A stretch of 64,000 bases of DNA, taken from positions 1-64,000 of the forward strand of contig NW_013657670.1 of assembly GCF_000142905.1 (NCBI RefSeq), given 5' to 3'. The notes beneath the pieces are model-generated. The model did no database searches. It had not been told where the DNA came from and saw only the letters and a program-made list of their open reading frames with translations. Positions 43,350-55,156 of the stretch are shown piece after piece (position 1 is the first letter of the stretch; each line of letters opens with the position of its first letter). Both the position numbers and the translations under genes were made by a program. Source of the DNA: Thecamonas trahens ATCC 50062. Lineage: Eukaryota; Protista; Apusomonadida.

Positions 43350-44384
43350 ATGTCGTCGAGAGACAGGCTCAAGGCGGAGCTCCTTGAGCTCCGACGGCAG
43401 GCAGCGCGTCGCGGACTCAGCCTCGCCTTGCCCACATCAACTGGACGAAGCGGAATGGTGGCTGCCTCCAACAATGCCGGCGCAGATGAGCACATCCGGG
43501 TGGCGGCTCTCCGCGAGCTCATGGACGGGCCGACCGTGGTGGCGATGCTGGAGCGGGAGAACGAGCTGCGGCTGAGCACCAGAGTGCAAGAGCTGTATGC
43601 TGCGGCTGAGCGGCGGTCCGACACGGATTGGATGGAGGTGACTCTGGAGCTGCAGAAGCAGGTGGCGACCGAGTTTGGTTACGGGCCTGATCATGATCGG
43701 CATGACGATGTGCTGGTTGTTCTTCGCCGCGCTGCTGCGATCTATCCCGAACTTCCAGAGACGGCCGCCATTCCACTGTATGTCAAGCACAACCGCGCGG
43801 GTGAGGGCCGAGTCGTTGCTGGCGAGGCCATCGTTGACGTGCCGCTCCTGCCACTGGCCGACGGCGAGATCGGGTGTCGCACGTCACTCACTGCTCTGCT
43901 GGCCGGGGCTGGCGAGCGGCCGCTGGTGGTCATTGCCGGCTCGTACTCGTGACCGCCCATCCGCGGCATGGTTCCTATGCTGCATGAAATGTACGACGGC
44001 CTGCGTGTTGAGCACGGCGAGGCTGCGCCGGCGTGGGCCTTTATCTACGTCGAGGAGGCGCACGCTCTTGACGAATGGCCGATCTCGTCGTCGCGCTACC
44101 ACCCGACTGGCGAGGTAGTGGCGGTGGCACAGGCCAAGACGGTGGACGACCGTGCAGAGGCCGCCACCCACTTTGCCGACCTGTACCAGCTCCGGCTGCC
44201 CGTCTTTCTCGACACGCTCGACAACGAGTTCCAGACCACGTACGGCGCGTGGCCGCTGCGGTTCTATGTCTTTGAGGCATCTACCCTGGGCTACAAGGCC
44301 ATGCCTGCCGAGTGTACGTACTCGATCTCTGACCTGTGGGCCGCCGCCTCGGCAGCGTGCACCCGCACGGCCAGCGCCCGCTAG
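43350..44384 (+). CDS. Iodothyronine deiodinase-like selenoprotein, 344 aa, Sec at codon 201 (TGA 43950-43952)
   Basis: RPLVVIAGSYS-U-PPI (cf. RPLVLNFGSCTUPPF), then in the same frame FIYVEEAHALDEW, FLDTLDN, YGAWPLRFYV; SECIS downstream. Confidence 0.9.
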
Positions 44385-44410
44385 GCCCTGCGCACCAGCA
44401 GGCTGCGCTC

Positions 44411-44485
44411 GTCGCCACATGACGCCTCTGTCCTCAACCGCAACGCTCTGTTGCGGCGGACATCGAGGCCGACTCCTCTCGCGAC
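44411..44485 (+). promoter_or_regulatory. Eukaryotic type II SECIS element
   Basis: Helix I GTCGC/GCGAC; core ATGA (44419-22)...GA (44471-72); helix II GCCTC-TGTCC/GGACA-tc-GAGGC; unpaired AA; ministem CCGCAAC/GTTGCGG. Confidence 0.9.
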
Positions 44486-44498
44486 GTGCTTGACCAAG

Positions 44499-45488
44499 TC
44501 AGCTCCGCTTCTTAAACCGACCGCGCTTTCCGGCAAACTTCTTCTGGCCGCTTGGCTTTGACGACGACGGCTTGGCCGGCCCATCGGGGGCGTTGGGCTT
44601 GGCGCCGGCGTCCGCGTCAGGAGCCTTGCGGGCGAGCTCGTCAAAGTCGACGAACGACTGGTTGTCCGGGATAAAGTCGCCAAGGAGAAAGGCAGCGGCG
44701 TAGACCCAGGCGGCGAGGACAGTCAGGACGGCCTGGACCGAAATGAGGTAGTAGGCGAGCGGCGCGCCGGCGGTGGTCCCCACCAGCAGCCAGAACGGGA
44801 TCCGGAGCTGCAGCAGAAGCACCTCGAGCTCGTCCTCGGCGGCGTAGTACACGCATACGAGGCGCCAGGCGACGGCCCATGCCGCGGCGGTGGCGGCAGG
44901 TGCCAGGCCGAGGATCCAGTAGAGGGCGATGGCGACGAGACCAGATCCGACCGCAAGCAAACGGGCTGAGCTGGCCGGAAATGAGGCAACCATGGTAAAG
45001 ATGGCCCACGAAGCCAGGGCAGCAAGCGCCTCTGGCGACCACCAAAAGAGAAGCGGTGGCGAGAAGAGGAGCACGCCGACAAAGACGACGCCGATCTTGT
45101 GGGACATCTCGCGGGAGGATGACGAGGTCGCGTCCGACTTGCGGAGCATGTGCTGGGCGACAAAGACGGCGACGATTTCGATGACGAGAACAGCACCTCC
45201 CAACCAAGCCCTCAAGCCCATCGAGGTCGCCGCCCATGATGTGGCCACAATGACCACAGCAATGCCCGCTAGAATGCTCCTGGCCATAAAATCCTGTCCG
45301 CGGACAAAGGCCTCGTCCTTGCCAGCCAGCTCTTCCTCGCTAGGCCCGGGCATGTTGTAGATGGCCCTCAGCACCCATGCGCCACCCAGACTCACTCCCA
45401 ATGCCAGCGCAATACTGAAGAACTTCCACAGCCCATACACCCCGCATGAGAAGACAACCAGTACCAGAGCCACCCGCTCCCACCGCAT
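44499..45488 (-). CDS. Uncharacterised multi-pass membrane protein with KKxx ER-retrieval tail, 329 aa
   Basis: About 8-10 hydrophobic segments; ends FKKRS. Confidence 0.7.
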   Translation of the reverse strand: MRWERVALVLVVFSCGVYGLWKFFSIALALGVSLGGAWVLRAIYNMPGPSEEELAGKDEAFVRGQDFMARSILAGIAVVIVATSWAATSMGLRAWLGGAVLVIEIVAVFVAQHMLRKSDATSSSSREMSHKIGVVFVGVLLFSPPLLFWWSPEALAALASWAIFTMVASFPASSARLLAVGSGLVAIALYWILGLAPAATAAAWAVAWRLVCVYYAAEDELEVLLLQLRIPFWLLVGTTAGAPLAYYLISVQAVLTVLAAWVYAAAFLLGDFIPDNQSFVDFDELARKAPDADAGAKPNAPDGPAKPSSSKPSGQKKFAGKRGRFKKRS

Positions 45489-45940
45489 CCTCGCTTCGCT
45501 TCGCCTCGCTTCGCCTCGCCTCGCCTCGCTCTGCCGAGTGGAGTGGTCCTGTCTGCAACCCCCCCCCCCCCCCCCCCCCTTCCCCCCCCTCCCCGCCACA
45601 CCGCCCAGCTGCACACAGCTAATACCTACAATATCACAGGCGATCGGTCGATGTGATGGTACTCCAAACCTATCTCCAGCCACAGTCCTCACGCCCATCA
45701 TACCCATCACTCTCACTCTCATCGCCTGCCGCATGAGATGCTCCTATCGCTCTTGCCAAGGCCGACGCCACATCACCCCCCCCCCCCTCCCTCCCCCCTC
45801 CCTCCTCCTCCCCCTCCTCCCCGGCTCTCATCAATCACGATCAAATCTCCCCTCTTTTCTTGCCCTGCAGCACACTCTCTCTGCCTCGGCTTATGACCAC
45901 ACCGCCAACAGCACAGCACCTCTCTCCCACCTCTCTCCCC

Positions 45941-47025
45941 ATGTCCACCCTTCCCTCCACCCCGGACCCAGCCAACCCCCTCAAGGTCATCATTGACACC
46001 GAGTACGTCATGTCTTTGGCCATCGTCCTTTCCCTTCATCTCATCCCACGCGCATACCACGTGACTCACGCCGACACGCACGGCCTCCCCACCGCAGCCC
46101 GGGCGTTGATGACTCGATGGCTCTCGCCCTCGCTCTTGCCTCGCCCTCGCTTGAAGTCGTTGGTGTGACCATTGTCATGGACAATCACTCGGATGTGCAT
46201 CTGCTGGCGGCAAATGCTGCCAAGGTCATGGCTCTCTGCGGACGGAGAGACATCCCCATCTACGTCGGCGCGGAGCACCCGCTGGCGGAAGAGTACCACG
46301 GCCATTCCGGCATCCACGTCCACGGACAGAATGGACTCGGTGGCACCGAGCTTGACATGACCGATGCCATTGTGCCGAGCTCGGAGATGACTGCTGCCGA
46401 GTATCTTGTGCACGCCACCGCCGGAGGCGACATCTCGCTCATCGCCCTCGGCCCGCTCACCAACGTGGCTCTGGCTATCCAGGCCGATCCCGAGTTTGCA
46501 GCCCGCATCCCGGTCTTCTCGCTCATGGGTGGGACGGTCGACGGCGTTGGCAATGCCTCACCGTCGGGCGAGGCCAACTTTATCAACGATCCCGAGGCTG
46601 CCGCCATCGTCTTCGACGCCCCGTTCCCGGCCGTCATCATGGCTGGCCTCAACGCCACCCGCCAGGTCCCACTCTCGGACTCCTTCCGGGCCGCTATCAA
46701 GGCCACGGGCTCACCCGTCGCAGACTTTGCCCACGCTGCTTCAGCCGGCTACATCGCCGCCCTTGCCGAGTGGAATGCTCTCTCCTACGTCCACGACTCT
46801 ACCGCTGTTATGGCCCTCGTTCGCCCGGACATCTTCACCTCGAAGCTCGTCGCCGTCCGCGTCGAGACCAAGGGCGAGATCACTCGCGGTACCTCGGTCG
46901 CCGACTTTTCCGGCATTCACTGGCCAGGCGCTCGCAAGAACGTCCACGTCCTCATGACTGTCGACACCCAGGCGTATTACGACCACTACGTCGCCCGCAT
47001 CGCCACCTACGCCGCGCACTCGTAG
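45941..47025 (+). CDS. Inosine/uridine-preferring nucleoside hydrolase; intron 46003-46097
   Basis: Splicing GTACGT...CCGCAG rebuilds IIDTDPGVDD; HVHGQNGLG, LGPLTNVA, MGG, EANF..DPEAA, HD. Confidence 0.95.
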
Positions 47026-47040
47026 CGTAGCGCGCTCGCT

Positions 47041-48684
47041 TTACTTGCTCTCGTCAGCCACCTGCACAAACGTCACCGTCTCCCGCAGCCACGCGCCAAA
47101 GTCAAACGGCATCTCGGTCGTGCCTGCCAGCCACTCGTGCTCGCACAGCTCGCCAGCCGACGGCCGATCGTTCGGGTCGCGCGCGAGGCACGCCGCCACA
47201 AACTCCCGAAACGGTGCTGACCACGTCTCGGCCGGCAGCCACTCGTCAATCGGCGCGTCCTGCTCGCACACACACGTCATGTGCTTGAACACCTCGTCCT
47301 CGTTAAACTCGTACGGGTACTTGCCGAGCGCACACTCGACAAGAATGAGCCCAAACGCCCACACGTCACACGCAGACGTGTACCCGTCCTTGGCCTCGGT
47401 CGAGTTGATCCGCTCTGGCGACATGTACGTAAACGTACCCACAAACGTCGACGCCTTGGCCAGCGTCTGCGCAAGCTCGCGCGAGGTGCCAAAGTCAGAA
47501 ATCTTGGCCAGTCCCTCGGACGAGAGCAGGATGTTCGCCGGCTTGAGGTCACGGTGGATGAGGTGCCGCGTGTTGTGCAGGTAGTGCAGCGCGTTGGCGC
47601 CCTGCCAGGCAATGTGCCGGATGACGTCCTCCGACAGCGCGCCCGCCGACTGGAGCACAGACTCGAGCGAGCCACAGTCCATGTACTCGAGCGCTATCGT
47701 GATGAGATCGTCCTCGCGCCAGCACCCGAGCGAATTGACCACGTACGGGCAGTTCGACTGCGCATACGTCCGAACCTCTGTAAAGAGCTCCTCCCGCTTC
47801 CGCTCCGCGTCTGGAGTCGCCGCCGTATCCAGCCGGATCACCTTGCACGCCAGGAGCAAGCCCGTCTCTTTGTGGCACATCTTCGACACTGCACCTTGTG
47901 CGCCCTCGCCGAGCTCGCAAACAAGCTCCAGGTCCTTCAGCTGCAGATCGTGTACCAGCGAAAGCATTGGGTCGCGCTCACCGCGCGACGCGTTCAGCAG
48001 CTCGCCGCCATACGTATTGATGTCAAACACGCCGTCCGTGCCCGAGTCCGACGGCCCCGGTTCCACTGCCAGCGTGAGGCCCAGTCGCCCGCGCTTCTTG
48101 CCGAGCCCACCGCTCCCGCCGCGCTTCTTGACCAGGCTCCGCCGCGCCGGCCGCTTGGGCGCACTCCGCCCGCTCCCTGGCGAGCCTACAGCCGGCGAGT
48201 TGCTACACGAGTCCAGCGACGACAACGACGCTGCCAGATTGATCACCTGGATCTGCGGCGACTCGATCGAATCGTACTGGCTCTCGCTGCCCATGCTGGT
48301 GTTGAGCGGGGTGGCGAGTCCAGCCAGCCCAAGCCCGAGGCCCTTTTTCCACGACCCTTTCTTGCCCTTTCGCCCACCGCCAGCCCCGCCATCCACACCG
48401 GGGACTCCCGCGGGCGACTCGCCCAACGCCACCGACGGCGACGATGGCGACGACGGCGAGGAGCAGCCCTGTCCTGCAGCCGACGACACGATACCCATGC
48501 CCAGTCCTTGCCCACCAGCCCCACCGCTTGCAGCCATGGTCTCACCGCCACCCACCGCCACGCTCTCGCCGTCGTCCGAATCCGAGCCCGAGGCAGAAGC
48601 CGAAGCCGAAGCCGACGACGACGACGAACCATACCGAGCCTTGCCCGTCGCCTTGGTGGCGTGCACCACAACAGGGGACGACAT
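47041..48684 (-). CDS. MAP kinase kinase (STE7/MEK family), 547 aa
   Basis: LGEGAQGAV, EYMDCGSL, HRDLKPANILL, DFG, TLAKASTFVGTFTYMSPERI; D-site-like KKRGRLGLTL. Confidence 0.92.
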   Translation of the reverse strand: MSSPVVVHATKATGKARYGSSSSSASASASASGSDSDDGESVAVGGGETMAASGGAGGQGLGMGIVSSAAGQGCSSPSSPSSPSVALGESPAGVPGVDGGAGGGRKGKKGSWKKGLGLGLAGLATPLNTSMGSESQYDSIESPQIQVINLAASLSSLDSCSNSPAVGSPGSGRSAPKRPARRSLVKKRGGSGGLGKKRGRLGLTLAVEPGPSDSGTDGVFDINTYGGELLNASRGERDPMLSLVHDLQLKDLELVCELGEGAQGAVSKMCHKETGLLLACKVIRLDTAATPDAERKREELFTEVRTYAQSNCPYVVNSLGCWREDDLITIALEYMDCGSLESVLQSAGALSEDVIRHIAWQGANALHYLHNTRHLIHRDLKPANILLSSEGLAKISDFGTSRELAQTLAKASTFVGTFTYMSPERINSTEAKDGYTSACDVWAFGLILVECALGKYPYEFNEDEVFKHMTCVCEQDAPIDEWLPAETWSAPFREFVAACLARDPNDRPSAGELCEHEWLAGTTEMPFDFGAWLRETVTFVQVADESK

Positions 48685-49002
48685 TACCGAACTCAGGGGA
48701 AGGCGGGGGGAAAGTGGGGGGGGGGGGGGGGGGGGGGAGGGGGGGGAGGAAGAGTAAGGGGGAAAGGGCGTTTTTTGGTTGGTCGAGGCTTGTCCTTGTT
48801 TGTGTACGCTCGTGCGTCACCGTCCTCGTGCGTTGTGTGTGTATGTGTGTGCGTGTGTGTGTGTGTGTGTCCACCTCCCGCCCCTCCCGCTCGCCTCTCC
48901 CCACCCGCTCGCCACGAGGCCAAACGGTGGTTCTTCTTCACGTGACCGAACAATGCACGCAATTTTCCCCCACTCCCACACCCAACCCCAGTACTGTCTA
49001 GT

Positions 49003-52000
49003 TCACTTCCGACCACCGGCCCGGCCCAGACTCCGGACTTGGTTTCGCTTGGAAGAGACAAACTCAGTCACATCGAGTCTGGCAAGAATCTCGACAACCT
49101 CGGCCATGGACGGGCGCGAGTGCGGGTCGGCACGCCAACAGCGATCGATGAGTTCGCGGATGGCGGCGCTTGGGATCTGACTAGGAGTCATCTCGGGCCG
49201 CCGCCCGTTGGAGATGCGGAAGCCGACTTCAAGTGCGTTCGAGCCGGAGAAGGCCGACTCGCGGGCAATCATCTCGAAGAGAATGGTGCCCATGACAAAG
49301 ACGTCGCCGCGGATGTTGGTCGTGTCGCCGCGAAGCGCCTCGGGCGACATGTAGGCCACCGACGGAATCATGGTCATCGTTCCCATGTTGGCCTTGATGC
49401 CGTCCATGCCAAAGTCAATGGCATGCGCCTCGCGGATGCGCGAGCCTTCAAAGACAAGCGCCACGTTGGACGGCCGCAGCGAGCCGTGTGCGATGCCGAG
49501 CGAACCGTGGAGCTTGGCAAGCGAGCTCGCCAGGAGCCGTGCCACGATGGCAACCGCCTCCGCGTCAAACACCACGTTGCGTCGCGTGCCGAGAAGCACG
49601 TCGTCGAGTGTCCCGCCTTCATAAAACGGCACAATGATCGCGTATTGGCCCTTGTCCAGACACACTGCCAGCGGGCCGACCGCTGTCTCGCTCGAGCTCA
49701 TAAGCGCCGATGCCGAGAGCTCCGCCATCCGGATCACGTCCTCCGGCCCGAGGTCCTGCCGCAGCAGCGTCTTGACCACCACTTCCTGATCGCGCCAACG
49801 CGCCCGGTGCGCGTTGGCGTACGAGCCCATCCACGTCTCGCCACCCTGCGCCACCAGCCCCACAATCTCGCTCCGCGGCACCAGCCATTCGCCGTGCCGC
49901 GACGTGCTGGCCTTCAGCGCTGCCGCCGACGGACTCGGCTTGGCCGCCCGCTGTGCGAGTGTGTCGACCACCGTCAGCTCGTCGCCGACCGTCACGTGGA
50001 AGACAGTCGTGTCCGAGACCGGCCACGGCAGCGGCCGAGCAGTCACTCCATCAAGCTGTGTCAGCTCGTTCACAATCTCGCGCTCGGCCACAAAGAGCCC
50101 CCCAGCAATCGTGTGCTCCCAAGCCAGCGACTTGGGCGTTGAAGGGAGAAGCGTCGCCGCGTACGCACGCTCTTCAGCCTCTTCCAGGCCAGAGTGCGCA
50201 AGGCCAAACAGGTCCGACCACAGGCTCCGCATCGAGTCGATGACCGGCCCACCGAGTTCGCGGTTTCCACCGCGAGTCGACGACACCACGCGCACCTCGC
50301 CGCATGTCACAAGCATCGTGACAGCCATATCCTGCGGGAGATTGAGTGCCTGACACCGCCCAAGCAGCTCCGTCAGTTGCGTTGACCGATGAACACCAAG
50401 CGTGAGCCACCCCAAGCCCCATGCGAGGACGCTCACCCCAATGTCACTCGCCAGCTCCGGCAACTGGGTGTGGAATGTACGCAGCGCCCGCCCGGTCTCG
50501 ACTGGATCGCGCAGGAGCCGCACCCGCGCATTCCGCAGCGTGCAGTGCACTGCCGTGATCTCGCCCGACGGCTCAGCTGCCGTCGTCGGGTAAACCACCG
50601 CAGAGTTGGAGTATGTGCCCGCCAGCTCGGCCTCGGCCTCATCGAGCGTCAGCCGCAGCTCCACAGAGTTCTCCCACAGCCGCGTCATGATAGGCACCAG
50701 CGGCACCAGCGACGCCGGCGTACCGGCCACATCCGGCCGCCGTCCGTCCACAATCTCCAGCGCCACCGCCAGAGCGTTTTCGCCTGCGTACAGCGTCCCG
50801 CGCGTCGCAAGTTCCCACAGCGTGATGCCGAGTGAGAACGCGTCTGACGCCGGCGTCATCGCAATCGAGCCTCGAAGGAGAACCTCGGGCGCAGCCCAGA
50901 AAATCGTGCCCACGTTCATCTGCTCGCCGTGCGCCGTTGCCCCGACCTCGGACGAGAACATGCCCGACGTGGCCGACGAGACGGCAGAGACCGTCGATGG
51001 CGTGCTTGTTCCCACCAGCGGCGCAGAGTCGGCCGGCCCGACCTTGCCTGCTCGCCGCGCCCGCGCCCGCTTCCGCCGCGCCTTGCGGTCCGCGGCAGAG
51101 AGCGAGGCATCGCCCTTGACCGACGACATGCCAAAGTCACAAATTTTTGGGCACCCAGTTGTTGTCAAACAGCACGTTGAGCGACTTAAAGTCGCCGTGG
51201 ACCACGCCAGCATGGGAGAGGTACTGCAGACCTTGCGTGATGTTGTGCGCCCACTTCAAGAGAATCGACGAGTCGAGGAAAAGGTCAGGCGAGTGCAGGA
51301 CCTCATACATCGAGCCGCGGTCCATAAACTCGGTGACCAGCGACGGCGGCTCGAGGGTGATGCCCATAAAGATGACCACGTTCGAGTGCCGCAGCCGAAG
51401 CAGCATGCTTGCTTCGTCCACAAACTCGCGGAGCTGGGCCGGGCTCATCTCCTTGGTCCGCGTCCGCTTCACCGCCACCGCCGTCGAGCGCCACTTGCCG
51501 GCATACACAGTACCGTACGAGCCGGCGCCCACCGCCTTGCCCACCGTCAGCTCTTTCTCAGGAATGACAAGGTCCGAGTCCGAGCTCAGCTTGTACGTCA
51601 CCGACTTGCGCCGGTACACAACGTAGCCAATGATCGAGGCGATGCAGCAAATGCCCAGAAAGACGGGGAGAAGAATGGCGAGCAGCCGCTTGTTGTCGGT
51701 CGACTCAGCGTTGAGCACCGCCAACGTAATCTGGTACGACGACACCATCACGTTCGAGTTGGAGAGCTCTGGCGCGGCGGCAATGGCACGCAGCTCGGTC
51801 ACACCCGACAGGGCAATGTTGACCGATCCGGTGTAGACAGGTGACGCCACGTTCGGCTGGCTTCCATCAATGGTGTAGTGGATGACCGCGCCCGGCGTGA
51901 GCGTCGTCAGCTCGACCGAGATCGGCTCGCTAAACGAGCCCGACGACGGGTTCGCCACAGGCGTCGACGCCTGTTTCAGTACCGCCGACAGCCGCACAGC

Positions 52001-53320
52001 CTCGAGCTGCGGCAGCTCGGCGTCGATCAATGCCGTCGCGTCAGCAGACGTCTTTTGCCCATATAGCGTGAAGATAAACTTCTGCCACCGTGCAAGGAGC
52101 TCCGGGTAGCCAAACGCCGCCATGCCCGACCGCTCAAACGCGTGCTCCGCTTCCAGCATAGTGTCGTACGCCAGCCGGGTCCGGCTCGACGTCATGACTT
52201 CCGTGAGCGACGGCCGAAGAGGGTAAACTCCAGACCGACCCGTGAGAACCTCCTTCTGCGTCGTCGCATTGCCGATATAGTCGAGGATGGCGCGCGAGCG
52301 ATCATGGAACGCCGACGAGATAGGCGAGGCAAAAGCCACAAAGACCGAGAGAACTCCGTTGTTGGCCTCGGTCGGCGACGCCGTCCCGCGCGTCCCGTCA
52401 TACGCAGGGAACCTGAACGCGCCTACATCGGCGTCGCTCACTCCGGCGCTCAGTACCACACCGGCGAGCGAGTCAAAGCCACAGTAAATCGCCGTAGCAT
52501 TGGGATCGAGCGCAAAGTCAAGCGCCCACGTCATCTCGAGTCCATACGTCGCAGAATCCTTGCGCGAGAGAAAGCCGGCGTCAAAGAGTGGAACGAGCTC
52601 GTCAAAGACAGCCCGGATCCGCGGGTCCTCCAACGTGATGTTGGCCATAAAGAACTGCTCGTAGAACGCGTCGCCGTGCATCCGGATCGCAAGCGAGTCA
52701 AAGTATTGTGACGTGGGAATCGAAAACAGATCCGTGCCCAAGCACTTCATGCCCGCCGCCTTGAATACCTCGCAGGCCGCAAGGAGCTCCGACCAGGTCG
52801 TCGGTGGCACGACGTCGTGGGCGGCAAAGACCGACTTGCGATAATTGCACAAATTGCCCGTCGCCATCGTCGGTACGCCGTACCGCTTTCCGTCCCTGCC
52901 CGTCACATAGTCGAGCGCCGCCGGCACCGTGTCCTCGGCAAAGCCGTGCTTCTCCCACAGGTCCGTGAGGTCGAGGAACGCGCCCGAGTCGATGAACTCC
53001 TGCTTGCCGGCCCCATTGTACAGCGGAATGATGTCCGGCGAGCCAAAGGCCTTAAGCCAATACTCGTACACCGCCTTGTCGGAGAACTCGTTGAACTCGG
53101 CTTGCAGGACGCCGACTGGATCGCCCGTCGACGATGTGTAGCCGTCAGCAAAGGCCTTGGAAACAGAGGTGAACTGCGAGGTTTGCGAGGCATAAACGAA
53201 CATTCTCAGCGCCATATCGGTGGCTGGCGTTACGTAATTGATGGTTGCTGCAGAGGTCAGGCTCGCCACAAGAGCCAACACCAGCGCCACAGAGTATACC
53301 GTTCGTACCATTGGCTTCAT
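49003..53320 (-). CDS. Receptor: signal peptide, ABC-type solute-binding domain, chitobiase/Fn3-associated domain, TM, TKL kinase, degenerate class III cyclase, pseudokinase; one extra nt at 51144-51148
   Basis: FLDLTDLW, DGKRYGVP, PPTTWSELLAAC (SBP family 1); TPGAVIHYTIDGSQP; TM; GAGSYG, VAVK, HGDFKSLN, then PKICDFG in the next frame; second kinase HGSLRPSN. Confidence 0.85.
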
Positions 53321-53947
53321 GTCGTCCTCTGAACTTGCCCGCTTGTCCGCTTTGTGCCGCTCCCCTTGTTGAGAGTGCGGTGGTTGCACTTCCCGCGCCT
53401 ACCCGGCACCTCCCACTGAGGGATCCCATTGCCAATAACGGCACGAGGATTCACGTGCTCTTACCCTCCACACAAATTTGTTAACGGCTACTATGCAGCG
53501 CCCTCCAATGTTACCAGCTCTCGTGTTTGCTTAGTGGTGCTTAGTATGAGTCGTGGAAGCAGGGCAAGTGCTGAACTCCATACATGGCTGAGAGGGCGGG
53601 TCGAGCGGAAGGTGGTGGAGCGCTGGGCAAGGAATTGTACTTATTAGCGCAATCAACCTAATTTGTGCGCTGCGACGTCGCTTCTCGCTCGCTGGGCGTC
53701 TTGGCCGCCGCGGTGGGTTGTACATGGTGCATGCTCGCTCGCCTCCACTACCATGTTCGAGTTTGAAAGCAATGTCGCGCTGGCTTGGAACACATGCGAA
53801 TGATGCGGGTCACGCTCTTAGGGCGAGCCGCAGTGCCGGGTCTCAACCGAGCCGCACGAAGCGACGTCTCCACTTGTCTCGGAGCGGCGAATTATGCGGC
53901 GAAAGGTGGCTCGTGTGCACGCAGCTGCAAGGACTGGTGCTGGTGGC

Positions 53948-55120
53948 ATGATGTGCGGATCCATGTCGAGCGTGCGCCGCGGGCTCGCTGCCCTCTTTCT
54001 TCCGCGTGGCTATCCGGCGTCCGTCTCGAGCGATTACGCGGCGTACCAGGCTTGCGACACGCTCCAGGGCCTCGCATCGTACGTGGCCGGATCACTATCA
54101 TCGCGGGCGATTCTCGCCGGCCTCGGCGTTGGATCTGCGACGGCATCTGCTGCAGGCGCGGTGTCGGTCACCCTCGTCCGCGACGCCATCGGCATGGCGG
54201 CGTCGGTCGGGTGCGCAGCGCTCGCACCGCGATCGATGGAAGCCTTTCCGCAATGGTGGCGACTGGTGGCGGATGTGCTCAACGACGCCGCACTCTTTGC
54301 CGAGCTCCTCTCGGCACTCCTGGATCCGATCTGGTTTGTGTGGCTGGTATGCGGCGCGGCGCTGATGCGGGCGGTCGTCGGCGTTGCCGGCGGAACGAGC
54401 CGGGCTGTCTTTCGTGCCCACCAGGCCCGCAACGCCAATCTCGCCGACGTCATAGCCAAGGACGGCTCACAGGAGACCTTTGTCTCACTCCTCGGCCTCC
54501 TCCTCGGCCTCCTCCTCGCCCCAGTCCTCGACCACGCATCGTCTGCGGCATGGGCTGTTTTTGCCGCCGCCACCGCCCTCCACCTCGCCGCCAACTGGGC
54601 CGCTGTCTCGTGCCTGGTCCTCGACTCGCTCAACGAGCAGCGGATGGCTGCACTGCTTGCCGCCGACACTGCTCCTGCCAATGACCATCTTCCGTCGCCT
54701 GCTCATCTTGCCGCCACTCTGCCCTTATCGCCATGGGCTGCCGCCGACGTCCCGTTTGCGCTCGGCGCTCCGCTCAGCTGTCTCGGGCCGGACGGCTCGT
54801 GCGAGATTGCCGCCTGTTGGGACGAGCTCGGCTTTATTGTTGATGCCCATGGCCACGCCGCGCTCTTTGCTGGCGTCGACGCCACAGGCTCGCTCCTGGT
54901 CAAGGCCGCATACTTTGCCGCCGCCGCCGCCCGCGACGGACGCGGTGCCGGCGACGTCGGCGATCATCTCTGGATCGCCGCCACACAGTCCCGCTGGTGT
55001 GCCTTTGCCGCTGCTGCCCATCGCGCAGGTTGGGACGTCGACCATCGTGCCGCTCTCCACCTCGGGACGGGGCCACGAGTCGCGTTCTGCCAGCCTCTCT
55101 CAACCGCCGCTACGGGGTAA
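53948..55120 (+). CDS. RUS1/DUF647 (root UVB sensitive, C16orf58-like) protein
   Basis: FLPRGYPASVSSDY, AILAGLGVG, WRLVADVLND, NLADVIAKDGSQET, LNEQR. Confidence 0.9.
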   Translation: MMCGSMSSVRRGLAALFLPRGYPASVSSDYAAYQACDTLQGLASYVAGSLSSRAILAGLGVGSATASAAGAVSVTLVRDAIGMAASVGCAALAPRSMEAFPQWWRLVADVLNDAALFAELLSALLDPIWFVWLVCGAALMRAVVGVAGGTSRAVFRAHQARNANLADVIAKDGSQETFVSLLGLLLGLLLAPVLDHASSAAWAVFAAATALHLAANWAAVSCLVLDSLNEQRMAALLAADTAPANDHLPSPAHLAATLPLSPWAAADVPFALGAPLSCLGPDGSCEIAACWDELGFIVDAHGHAALFAGVDATGSLLVKAAYFAAAAARDGRGAGDVGDHLWIAATQSRWCAFAAAAHRAGWDVDHRAALHLGTGPRVAFCQPLSTAATG

Positions 55121-55156
55121 AGGCCACACCTCTCGCCACGGGTGACGCACCCCAGC

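Noticed and set aside
43968-44384. 138-aa ORF as a separate gene, with 43203-43952 as another
   Set aside because: Both are halves of one selenoprotein joined through the UGA.
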